Source: Eledone cirrhosa
Taxonomy: Eukaryota
Length of the DNA stretch: 64,000 nt
Reading direction: 5' to 3'
NCBI GenBank assembly: GCA_964016885.1
Contig: OZ024742.1
Coordinates: forward strand, 314,278,001-314,342,000
Each line of letters opens with the position of its first letter. Position 1 is the stretch's first letter. Positions 46,361-58,243 of the stretch are shown in pieces. A program made the translations under genes and the position numbers. The notes below the pieces were generated by a model. It ran no database searches. It was not told the DNA's origin and worked only from the letters and a program-made list of their open reading frames with translations.

Positions 46361-46530
46361 TCTGCTATAGTGGAGACGTCTGGCGTCCTTGGCCCTAGCG
46401 CCACCTCCCTACTCACCACCATCGGCACAGGGTTGGCTACCCGCAGGTGGGAGCCTCGCGAGCTGGATGGCACTTCCAGTGCGTCTACCTCACGATTTTT
46501 CGGGGAAACGCACAGTCAAGAATATTACTA
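46361..46530 (+). pseudogene. CRE-like non-LTR restriction-like endonuclease C-terminal remnant
   Basis: AIVETSGVLGPSATSLLTTIG...RRWEPRE / WHFQCVYLTIFRGNA (one frameshift) matches the P.AVET.G..G...IG...FQRISLAI.RGNA signature. Confidence 0.65.
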
Positions 46531-47447
46531 AACTTTTTCGACAGATTTAAGCAACAAATCGTTTTGAACTATTGCATGATCTATACGGAAATACTGTGTC
46601 GTATACTCACACACATATATGCTGTCCTATCAGTTGATTTTTCTTCAAGGAAAATAATTTATGTTTAAGTGAGTAAAATATATTCCCTGGGTTAAAAATA
46701 TATGCCACTACCTTAGATACGAATACAAAGAGGACTGCTACCATTGTGATAGAAATAAAATATACTCATGAATTGCCATGTCCATTGAGCAAAAATATCA
46801 ATAAGATATTAAGTATATTCTTTATGTTTCTATATGGCTCCTCGCTAAACGGGTCTGGATTCATTCTATTTCTTTTGTTATAAAGACGTCTACAAATAAC
46901 ATATTTTGAACTGAACAATACATTCAACTTATCCGATATCTATAACTACACAAATATAATTGAGCAATATCATACACATGCACACATAGATATATATATT
47001 ATATGTATACAATCTCCAGATATCTATCGTTGTCCACAGCAATCTGCCACTATTGCTTCACTTGCTGCTATTTCAAATAGTAGTTGGTTTCTTTTCCCTA
47101 TTCCCCTCACCGTTTGGCATAAAAAAACCAGCCCGCAGCCCTTCACCTCCTCCAGTGCACCGCTCCAGATGTTAAATATTTGCCTCTGTCTAATCACACT
47201 GAAAGAGTAATAAAGAAAAGAATCATACTGAAGTTACTTATGGTTGTGTAAGATTGCCTACTGTGGTTTCTATCATCAAATCAAATTTGACAAAATAATA
47301 AGATGGAATACCCCGCCCCCCTCTCTCTCTCTCTCTATCTATATATATATAGTGAGAGCGATGATCCTATAGCATTACCGAAACGATTGTAAAGCATTAA
47401 ATGAGTTAAGTACCTGATTCGATCCTTTTTCATTGTTGATATATATA

Positions 47448-47523
47448 CAGGGTATCCCAAAAATGTATACACATATTTATTAGAATGTTGTTGAAGTGTA
47501 TATACATTTTTTGAGACACCCTG
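47448..47523. mobile_element. 76-bp Tc1/mariner-type MITE
   Basis: TIR CAGGGTATCCCAAAAATGTATACAC / ...TTTTTTGAGACACCCTG with TA flanks; solo end CAGGGTGTCCCCCAAAA at ~48027. Confidence 0.65.
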
Positions 47524-47555
<32 letters not shown>

Positions 47556-47837
47556 ATATTTTTAGTTCTGTAATAAACAACATAAGATAATTATTTCATT
47601 TACCAGTGGTTTCTTGAAAGCAAACAAATCTGCTTTCAGTCATCAGAATGAAAAAAATCCTGGTGTTTTTATTGAATGTGGATTTGAAAAAAAAATATAA
47701 GAAATATGAAAGTGAGGCTGAAGGAAGAAGAAAGAAAGATTATAAATATATAAGTATATAAACACACACACACACACACACATATATGCACATATATATA
47801 TATAAATATACATACACATACACATAAATACACAAAC

Positions 47838-47876
<39 letters not shown>

Positions 47877-48291
47877 TATATATACACACATACATACATA
47901 TATATACACACACATATAATTATAAGTAAAAATAAATAAACAAACATATACACACTCGACTATTCACATATACTAAAAGCTGGCAAATATAAATCCATAT
48001 ACATGAAATCCATATATATATATATACAGGGTGTCCCCCAAAAATATATATATTAGAAAAGGGAAGTAAGGTTTTATACAAAACAGTGGATATAGAGTAA
48101 AGGTGTAGTTGGAAATAGCATGAAAAATATATTTTAGGGTCTGTTTTTCTTTTTTTTTATCGTTTCTTTGACTCGGCAAAGGGACACTATTGTAAAAATG
48201 AGAGGGACAATTCTTAAAAAAAAAGCATTTGTATAATATATATAAAGTATATAAAGTATTACCGGTTTCCATTTATTATTAAAATAAATCT

Positions 48292-48488
48292 AGGGCGGTG
48301 GATTGGCAGTATATCGGTAGAGGGTCGGTCGTCATGCTTTGACGCATAGAGTTACGGCCCTTGCCATTCTGAGTTCAAATCCCGCCGAAGTTAACTTTGC
48401 TTTTCATCCTTACGGGGTCGATAAAATAAAGTACCAGTAATGTACTGGGTAATTGCTGGCCTTGTGCCTAAAAGTAGAAACAATTATT
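48292..48488 (+). mobile_element. Full-length tRNA-derived SINE with TSD
   Basis: A box, B box GAGTTCAAATCCC, shared body; ATTATTAAAATAAATCT duplicated on both sides. Confidence 0.9.
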
Positions 48489-49455
48489 AAAATAAATCTT
48501 ATCAAATGTTGAGTATTGAAAGAAAAAATTAAAAAGAATTAATAGGAGTTAAAAACTAAAAATTAAAGATTTAAAATTAAAATTAATTGTTGGAGTAAGT
48601 TTTCCCCATCTTTCTTGCTCAAAGGTGGGCTGGTGAATGAATTCTTGTTAATAGAGAGGTGGTAGTGAAGATAGCAACAGTGTTGGTGGTTGTGTTTCTA
48701 CACAGAACAAAGTTTTTTTTTGCGTGGGTTGGGGGTTGGGGGGGGGGGGGGGGCAAAGGTAACATCCTGTAAATATGTGTGTGTATATCTGATTGTGTTA
48801 ATTGACTGGCCAAGAGTTCAAAAGGGGATGGGTCATTGTAAGCTAGAGGAAAGTTCTATGGCAGCAGTATCATTGTAAAAGAAATTCTATTATTGGAATA
48901 TGGTTTTAGGGAGTGTGTGTATAAATGGTGTGAGGATGTGTGTGCGGGGTGGTGGGAAGGCTGTGGTGTGTGTATGTATTTTTCAGCCTGTCTGTCACAA
49001 GTCCTTTTGTGGTGGGAAATAAAAAATATTTTTTTCTTCAAAATTCAAAAAATTCCTAAAACTTAGATTCCTTCAAAATTAAAATTAAAAAAATAAATAA
49101 AATAAAAAAAATTAAAAAAACAGAAGAGTATCAGTGTGTTCTTTTTTTCAGTCTGTCTGAAATATATATATATATATAGGGAGTGGGCATGTTTCCCCCA
49201 ATAATTATATTTTCTCCCCAAACTGTGGTGGGAAATAAAAAAAAACTTAAAAATTCAAAAACATTACAGAATTCTCAAAATTAAAAAAAGCCAAAGTAGA
49301 GTATCAGTAGTGGCTCTCAAACAGCAACTTCTGGAATGAGTAATGTTTTCTCTCGTATTTTGTGGTGTATATATATATAACAATACACACATGTGTCCCT
49401 GTCATTTTTTCAATAATGTCACTTTGATGATATATTTTCCATGCTTTTTCCAAGC

Positions 49456-49541
<86 letters not shown>

Positions 49542-49545
<4 letters not shown>

Positions 49546-49840
49546 GGAGGTGAGTTTTATTGTAGTACAATAAAGCAATGCAGATATCGGGTACGAAGCA
49601 CTCTACAGTTTGTGGGACTGGAGTATACATAATATATAAGAACAAAAGATGGTTAAAGGAGTTCCATGTATTTTATTATGCGCATTTCAAAAACAAATAT
49701 CATCATGCAATAATATTTGTGTTTTCATCATGTCCTCCTGTTTTATCTGATGAAAACACAAATATTATTGCATGATGATATTTGTTTTTGAAATGCGCAT
49801 AATAAAATACATGGAACTCCTTTAACCATCTTTTGTTCTT
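49542..49840. mobile_element. Second family K fold-back copy, intact hammerhead at 49741-49807 (plus)
   Basis: Closely similar to 44690-45025 but with a different fold-back junction. Confidence 0.85.
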
Positions 49841-50201
49841 ATATATATATATAAATATAGAAATGCTTTTTGTGAAAATCAGTCATATGGAGATATTGTT
49901 ATCTTACCTGACGGTTTGAACTTTACAACACCACCTGCCTCTTTGAGGTCAAATACCAACCCTACTAGTACCTACAAACTGACCAATAAGAATTAAGACT
50001 ATTCCTGCTGACAACATTAAATTATTCCTAACAAGCTCATATGTCCCAAGGCTCTGATACCATGAACACTATAAACACAGAGCTGGCATATCTAAGAACT
50101 GACTAACTGCCTAATGAGGTCATAGCCATTCAATGGCTATCATCGAATTATATATAGCAGTAAATAGGATTATGAATACATGCAATTGACTTATGTTTTC
50201 G

Positions 50202-50250
<49 letters not shown>

Positions 50251-50341
50251 CGAAGGAAATGTTGTAAGGAACCAGGTGGACCATAACGCACCAAAGTACT
50301 CAATACTTAGAGTAGTAGAGTGGGTAATAGGAACAAGTAAG

Positions 50342-50435
50342 ACCACGACGGCTGAGCTCAAGCCGTTTCGACGGCTAATTCTGGACTGAATGAACATTTA
50401 TTCTGGTATTTAAATAGCCGAGCTTATCAAGGGGT
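50342..50435 (-). ncRNA. Type I hammerhead with U3-A8 core (family L) in a (TA)n-adjacent element (~50229-50795)
   Basis: acccc-TTGATAA-gct-cggcta...tagccg-tc-GAAA-cggcttgagctcagccg-TC-gtggt; stem III is near-palindromic. Confidence 0.6.
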
Positions 50436-50875
50436 AATTCCATATATGGTCAAAGAGATAATCACCAGGATTGGTCACATCACAAGTTAGTAGTAAATCT
50501 GTGATGGCAATTTGGTGGGGGAAGGGGTAGCTAAACCTGCCGGTAGGAGAAATCACTACAACCTCATTGTCCAACCCCCCCCCACTCCAATTCAAAAATG
50601 CTTCCACCACCTCTGTATTTATATATACAAATTTATAAACGCGAAAAGCGAACAAGATAAAAGGTTACATATTTTACTTCGAGGTCCCGGCCGCAGTTTC
50701 GTTGTGTAAGAACCAGCTTTTATATTCCAATAACTTAGAATATCCTAATTATTTAATTCATTCATTGAGCCAAACTGTTAACAGATGGACACTCTTATAT
50801 ATATGTCTAAACTTATGTATAGGTATATGTTTCTTCAATAATTTTGTTCTCTCTCTCTATCTCTAGCTATCTATC

Positions 50876-50943
<68 letters not shown>

Positions 50944-51351
50944 AGTATTGGTGATCTGAAATAGCGATGTATACATGGCTGTACGTATAGTATATTTGGC
51001 AATATACTGCATGTTTATTTTAAAACATTTAGAAGACCATTCGCTATGATTTTTAAAGTAGTGTCTATGTATTGCTAAATATACTATAAATACATTCATG
51101 TAGACGTCGCTGTTTCAGTGCACCAATAATAATACCTAATTTTTGCTGGACCGGCAATAACTCTGTTTAATCAACTCCTAAATATTACTGGAATTCTATA
51201 AGAATCCAACTTCTATAATCTTCGGCAAAGGCTGGGGAGTGTGTGCTTTTGATAAATGCGAGCAAGCGAGAAACAGACTGTCAATCACTCTCCCTTTCTT
51301 TTTGCCGAAAATAATTAAACATGCACTGTATTGCCAAATATACTATACACA

Positions 51352-51402
<51 letters not shown>

Positions 51403-51857
51403 TACCATTGAACTCTTGGTTTCTACAGAAAATTATAAATTGACTGTGGTATTCGTTTCAGGTTTTATTACGTTCTGAGGTTCAAATTTCACCCCCACTT
51501 CCTTACAGCTTCCTTAAAGTTTAGTGCTCTTCAATATCAGCCATATAAGATCCTTGATCGCAACTATACCCAGATCACCAGTTATTACGAGCCACATTTC
51601 TTAATAACAGAACCTAGAATTTTCTCCATCGCATAACCTACCGGAAGCTTTTACGAATTACTCGGCATTAATATTCGCTAAACGCTTATTGTAGTTAAAT
51701 AAAGTTCTCCCGGGCAAGCATCCATGTAACATATCTATTGTTAAAAACCGAATTCCAACCTAATCATTCCAGCGATTTATTAACGAATTGAATCCTGAAA
51801 TATTCCACCTTGACCTTTCTATGCGTACTCTTTGCGTCCTCAAGTAATCTGCTGCAG

Positions 51858-51907
<50 letters not shown>

Positions 51908-51912
<5 letters not shown>

Positions 51913-52478
51913 AAAGTATGTGTTCCTAGATGTAATTAATACACACAGGGACACAAGTTACTTCGACCATATGCCAGTGTGGTTCAATGGACAGTTAATA
52001 AATTAACAAGCCTGAACATATGAAATCAAGGTAGCGTAAACACAGAAAATATCTTAAAAATTAATAAATAAATCTAAAGAATTCACTGTACTTACTATAT
52101 GTGCCATTACCGCAGTTTCAGATCCCAAACAAATAGAGAACCCGAGCGGATATTCATTGAGAAAGAGACCATCGTCAGAAGGCTTTTCTCTCTCGGAGAA
52201 TATAAAATTCCCGAGTTAAAATTAAAAACTGGCGCCATTTCAAACAGCCTCAGAATGAGAGCAAATGAATGATGAAACAGTTCTGTCATGGTACCGTGTG
52301 CAAATGCAAAAAGCACGGTGGACAGGTCAATATCGTGCTGCTAAAAATAGCAGCCATTCAAACGACCAAGGGTTTCTCTACCATTGGGGGGAGAATAATA
52401 ATAAAAGTATGTGTTCCTACATGTAATTAATACACCCAGGGACACAAGTATAGTCCGACCATATGCCAGTGCAGTTCT
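51908..52478 (-). mobile_element. Partial-tandem element (family M, ~490-bp period) with hammerhead at 52103-52183
   Basis: AATAAAAGTATGTGTTCCTA...CGACCATATGCCAGTG repeated at ~51909 and ~52400; gcctt-CTGACGA-t-ggtctc...gggatc-t-GAAA-ctgcgg-TA-atggc. Confidence 0.7.
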
Positions 52479-53839
52479 AAATATTAACAGATATTTCATC
52501 TATATTTCTCAAACCTATTATAGTTGAAACTTTCTAGGATATTACATTATTCAGACATAAATTGTGTTTCCGAAATACAATCTAATTTTCTGCCGAAGCA
52601 TAGGTGAAATATGTGAACAATACGTCGCCTACGAGTCGTTTTAGAATTCAGATATTTCGATAAATTAAGCGGCAACTAATTTAATATTGAGTATAAATGG
52701 AAATAAAGTTTCTGTTATATTGTAAAAATATGTATGATTATTTTTTTGATTCAGTAGAAACCAATTTTGTATAAAAGGCAAACTCGAGGAAGAGATAATT
52801 ATCTATTCCTAGAGTTATGATATGTTATTGGTTGTTATTCTATCTATTTCAAAAACCAGTTTCTTGACCTAGAGTTGAAGGATTTTGAAGTGGCGTAGTA
52901 TAGTGCCCATGGCGTTTGATTTCATGATCGCAATGGCTGCAGCTTGAGTCCACAAATACAGCATTGTATTTAACGTTTCAGTCTACTCATAAGAGATTGA
53001 GCATCACTAGCTGCAGGGGATTATGTTGCAGCTGACTTGTAAAGGTGACATGTAATTAGGATACACTCCGGCCTGATCAAGATTTTAGCTCAAGAAATAC
53101 GCTAATTATTAAAAACATTATATATCATATGTTATCTCAACCGATATTCTACATAACATAATTAAATGCCATAAGATACAGTTGAAACTTAATTTTCTTA
53201 AATTTCTGAGAAGGTGTAACAAAACAACAGATTCCTTTTCTTTGATTGTTAAAAGTAATCATATGAACATCCCTCTATAATTGTTTACTGGCATAGGCCC
53301 CGTGGAATATCATTGGATGCTATTTATTACATAAAAATATAATGCGATGTTAGAGGATATAGAGGATTGGCGACTATATGTGTTGAAACATCTGAAATTG
53401 CGTCACATATGCACATTTAAAGATACCATTGACAAGGTACACAAGGGAAATAAATCAAGCCATGAACCCAACACCACATTCGGAAGCTGTACAATTGGAT
53501 CAACACGTATGTACTTTAAATTCACAAGGCTTGCCTTAAAATTCGAATATATATTGCTTGGAATGTACAGATATAAGTATTTTAATGATTTGAAACATTT
53601 TATAATACTGTGGTTCAACTAGGCTACGTATTATGTCTACTAGCCATGTAAACGGTAGTGGGATATGAACTCAACGCGCAAAGAACCAGATGAGAAACCA
53701 CATGGCCTCACCCTCCAGCAACCCACTTCCCTGGACTGGTATATTATTTAATCGAGAATATAAAAACCAAAATTGATATCATCTAATCTGGCTGAGTTTA
53801 CACTCGAAAATAAGAAGAACTAGGGCTGCCCCTAGGAGC

Positions 53840-53954
53840 ATTGGATTTGGTGCACTTCATCATAAGGACATAACACATCACCCTGTCCGAGAATCGAACT
53901 TACAACCTTTCGATTGCTAGCCCACTGCTCTAACCACTAAGCCATGCGCCTTCA
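53840..53954 (-). mobile_element. Second tRNA-derived SINE family (5' part)
   Basis: Minus strand GAAGGCGCATGGCTTAGTGGTTAGAGCA...GTAAGTTCGATTCTC (A/B boxes) followed by TGTGTTATGTCCTT. Confidence 0.65.
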
Positions 53955-54856
53955 CTTAGCTGATATCAACAATGTTTCAATTATACCCCTAAATACAAGA
54001 AAAATACTGCAAGGCATTCTGTGCTATGATCTAATAATTTAAATAATTCGCCGCCTAAACCTTGAGAAAGATTATTTTAAAATAAAGGTTTGTAGAGACG
54101 GTATGGAAATAACTACATAGATAAACTGCATGCTTACTTAAATCGGATACCTACACATGCTGGTTTTTTCAAGTATTGCTAAATAACCCTACCCAAATAA
54201 CAATATGACTCTAAATAATATTTATAAGGAAACGGTAGCAGATACTTTCCTTAACATCTTACCTATTATATACTGTGCATTATAGAGTACGTTTGTTGTT
54301 GGCCACCTGACAACGTCATTCAAATTCTTCCACAGGCGTCAGTATACAATTATAGCAGGATAAAAGTTTCTAATTTTAAAACAGTCTGCTGCATATATTA
54401 CGTCTTGGATGACAAACCAACTGCAATATTTGGATTGATAGATAGCCTGAAGCACTTAGACCATCATTCATAATCAAATAACACAGAAATATAGATTTTT
54501 AAGTTACCGACAGCAAACGTCTGATTAGCTAATTTTATTCTTCATCTAAAACAACATTTTACTGTGTGAATTCTATTTCAACTATCTATACGTTCAGTAT
54601 ATATTCATAAACCGGGGAAATAGCAATATAAAAATGTATGAAGGTCATTTAATTGGGGGAAATATGGATAATCCTTATAAAAATGTATTTAATATACAAA
54701 AATCATGTAAAAGATTAATGGATCTTGAGATTTCAAGAATGCCCCAAATTATAAGAGCTTAAAGATCACTGGAGGAGAATGTCACATACTATAAGGAGAA
54801 AATCCAATTTAACAAACATAACATTAAATAAACAGGTTCGTGGATGAAAGTGCTTA

Positions 54857-54929
<73 letters not shown>

Positions 54930-55183
54930 CACCTCTACCCAGGTTTTTCTCTGTCTACTTCTACTGGGGCTTCATTCTACTGGTATTTCCTGGTAACTCT
55001 TCACCCATCGATCCCCATCCATGCGCCTCACAGTTCCGTACCAACGTAGTCTTCTCTCTTGTACACGACATCGGATTCATCTTAAACTCAGCTTCTCCCT
55101 CCCTTCATCCCAGCTTTGCCTCTCTCTCTCATTTACATTGCACATTCAACGAAGTATGACTGCTTCATTTCTCTCCAATTTAC

Positions 55184-55260
<77 letters not shown>

Positions 55261-55262
<2 letters not shown>

Positions 55263-56630
55263 TCTCTGGTTTAGCGATCGGAACCAGAATGGGTCCAAAC
55301 AATGCCAACTTGTTTGTTGGCTACGTCGAAGCCCATATCTTCTCCCAGTACGCTGGACCGACTCCTGAGCTATACGACTGTATCGGCACCACTTCTCTAT
55401 CACGAGAGCAGCTGGACTGCTTTCTTTTGTCCTATCTTACCATCCTGCTCTCATTTTCACGGCCTCCGTCTCTCATTCTTCTGTCGCTTTTCTAGATATC
55501 TCTCTCTCTATTAATCACTCTCACCACACCCTCTCTACTTCCATCTTCATTAAACCAACAGACTCCCAATCTTACCTCGAGTTCACCTCCTCCCATCCAA
55601 TCCACACCAAACAATCCATACCATATTTCCAATTCCTCCGTCTTCGTCGGCTCTGTTGCCAGGACGACATTTTCGAAACCCATTCCCTGCACATATTTTC
55701 CTGCTTCATCCAGCGTGGATATCCCCATATCCTGATCCAAGCAGCTCTCACCCTCGCCCATGAAACGGACCACACCACAGCCCTCTCACCTCACCCGCGT
55801 TCCTTTCCCTCTCACCTACCACCCACATATCCTCCGCATCCTCTCTGATCCTGTCACTTCTCGCTTTTTTCCAAACCCACCCATTACTTCTTTTAAGCGC
55901 ACCCGCAACCACCGCGACCTCCTGGTCGCAGTTCCTTCTCGTCATCTCCCACGACTCCACCCGGCTCTCATCCTTGTTCTCGTCCCCGCTGCAACACTTG
56001 TCCCTTCATTTCCTCCCTCACCACTCTCACAGGCCCTAAGGGGTCTTTCCGTATCCGCCATTCTTTTACCTGCACATCCATCGACGTTGTCTATGCCCTC
56101 CGGTATTCCCTTTGTGGGTCTTTATACATCGGACAAACGGGACGGCGTATGGCGAACCGTTTTGCTGAACATTTGAGGGACATACGACTCGGTTTCGATA
56201 CTCCTGTCGCCCGTCATTTCTGTTCTCCTAGTCATTCTTCCCAACATATCTCAGTCCTGGGTGTCCTTTTACATCATGGATCACAGGCCTCGCGCACCAT
56301 GACTGAACAAAGGCTGATTCACCACCTTGGGTCCTATTCCCCTCTTGGACTCAACTCACCTCCCCAATTTTTTTAATACCCCGTCTATTATCACACGCGC
56401 TTGTGCATTCACCTCTAGATTTCTATCGCTCGCTCTTGATCATTTATATCTTCTCTTGCCACTAATACTGACCGACTATATATGCTCACACCACTTTTCC
56501 CTTCACAGCTTCAGACATACACACCCTTATATTAACATACTTTTTCTCATACCTTCGTACTGAGATGCACACGCACTCTTTTACTTACATATATACACAT
56601 ACATTTTCTCTTAGCTTCGTACGGACGTAT

Positions 56631-56726
<96 letters not shown>

Positions 56727-57081
56727 ATGCTTACGCACTTGAAAAAGTATAGCTCTTTTTACAAAACGTTTTTTTTTTTTTCCATTTCAGATAGACGCGC
56801 TCCATCATCCACTTTTCTAAAAAATAAATAATACACAAAACGCCAGCACAAACAGTTTTGCAAGAGATGTCAACATGAATGGACTTGTTATTTTTATCTA
56901 AAGACATTTTTTCCAATTCCAAACCACCCGTCCCCTCATTCTATCTTATTTCTCATTCTTTCTTCTGATGAAGGACTAGCGTCCGAAACGTTAAGACCCT
57001 CTTCCTGCTATATCAAGCGTTAACCTACTATATTCCTTCCATATACTGTAGCGATTGTGTTGGTATTTCTGTTTACCTTTT
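55261..57081 (+). mobile_element. Decayed 5'-truncated Penelope-like element (RT remnant, Cys knuckle, GIY-YIG) with hammerhead pLTR
   Basis: GLAIGTRMGPNNANLFVG, FLDISL, KPTDSQSYL...SSHP, CSRPRCNTC, VVY...LYIGQTGRRMANRFAEH...PVARHF...EQRLIHHLGS..PLGLN; frameshifts present and the YIDD region is deleted. Confidence 0.88.
56961..56996 (+). ncRNA. Minimal type I hammerhead in PLE pLTR
   Basis: tctt-CTGATGA-a-ggac-tagc-gtcc-GAAA-cg-TT-aaga; palindromic AACGUU stem III. Confidence 0.85.
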
Positions 57082-57097
57082 ACACACACACACACAG

Positions 57098-57192
<95 letters not shown>

Positions 57193-57442
57193 TGCGTGTG
57201 TGTGTGCGCTTGTTGTGTATATAATACTATTGTGAACCCATATGACTGAAGACGTCATAATTTCAAGAGACAATATACAATAAACATCTGACCATAATCA
57301 GAATCAACCCATTGACTTTCAGAATTCCATACTATTCCATACTATTCTACAACACTGGAAATCTTTCTTATAGTACACGTTCTGGGGCATATTTGCGAAA
57401 ATGGTTACCTACAAATCTAGATAAAATATTATTAAATAATTA

Positions 57443-57545
57443 ATCGTTTCTACTTTTTGGCACAAGGCCGGCAAACACCCAGTGCATTACTGGTACTTTA
57501 TTTTATCGACCACGTAAGGATAAAAGGCAAAGTTAACCTCGGCGA
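57443..57545 (-). mobile_element. tRNA-derived SINE 3' fragment
   Basis: Reverse complement of the shared SINE body. Confidence 0.8.
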
Positions 57546-57632
57546 AATAATTAATAATTGTTAGTAATGTGACTCTCTACTTTGAAATTTAGACGGCGTT
57601 GCTGGTTTATCAAAACAGTGTGTCTCTATTTG

Positions 57633-57677
57633 TGTACCCATGATGACGGGCTAAAGCCCGACACGCCTTTTTGTACA
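57633..57677 (+). ncRNA. Degenerate hammerhead-like motif
   Basis: tgtaccc-ATGATGA-c-gggc-taaa-gccc-GACA-cgcc...gtaca; two core substitutions. Confidence 0.4.
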
Positions 57678-58073
57678 TCTGTTTGTCGTTTTCTCCAACT
57701 ATATATATAAATACTTAATTCACTGCATATCTTAGGACGTTTATTACAAAAATATAGATTAAAATGCATAAATAATAAGGAAACTGTATTTCCCATTGTA
57801 TATCATTCCAAAATGATATATGATATTTCAAAGTTATTACATGAAACTCCTCAGAACGGAACCTAAGCTTATAGTAAAATTCATATATTGCAACAATTTA
57901 AAATGCCAGAACTCAGCATCACTTATGCAGATTCCCTTCAGATGAATCTCTTGCATGATTAGAGTATTGTCGCAAACCAAGATATATAAGTTTAATCGAA
58001 TGGAATATTGTGTAATGAGCATGATGGTGAATTAAACAAATGTTCTTTTAATAAAATGTTTATCACACAATAG

Positions 58074-58131
<58 letters not shown>

Positions 58132-58243
58132 TTATTATTATTATTATTATTATTATTGTTGTTGTTATTCCTTGAATCTCAGTCATTGATGTTGGTTAAC
58201 TGGAAAGTCCGTTGGATTGAATATCAAGCCACTACCTGCAGCC

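Noticed and set aside
49009-49308. Short imperfect direct repeat GTGGTGGGAAATAAAAA...AGAGTATCAGT
   Set aside because: Low-complexity local duplication with no further structure.
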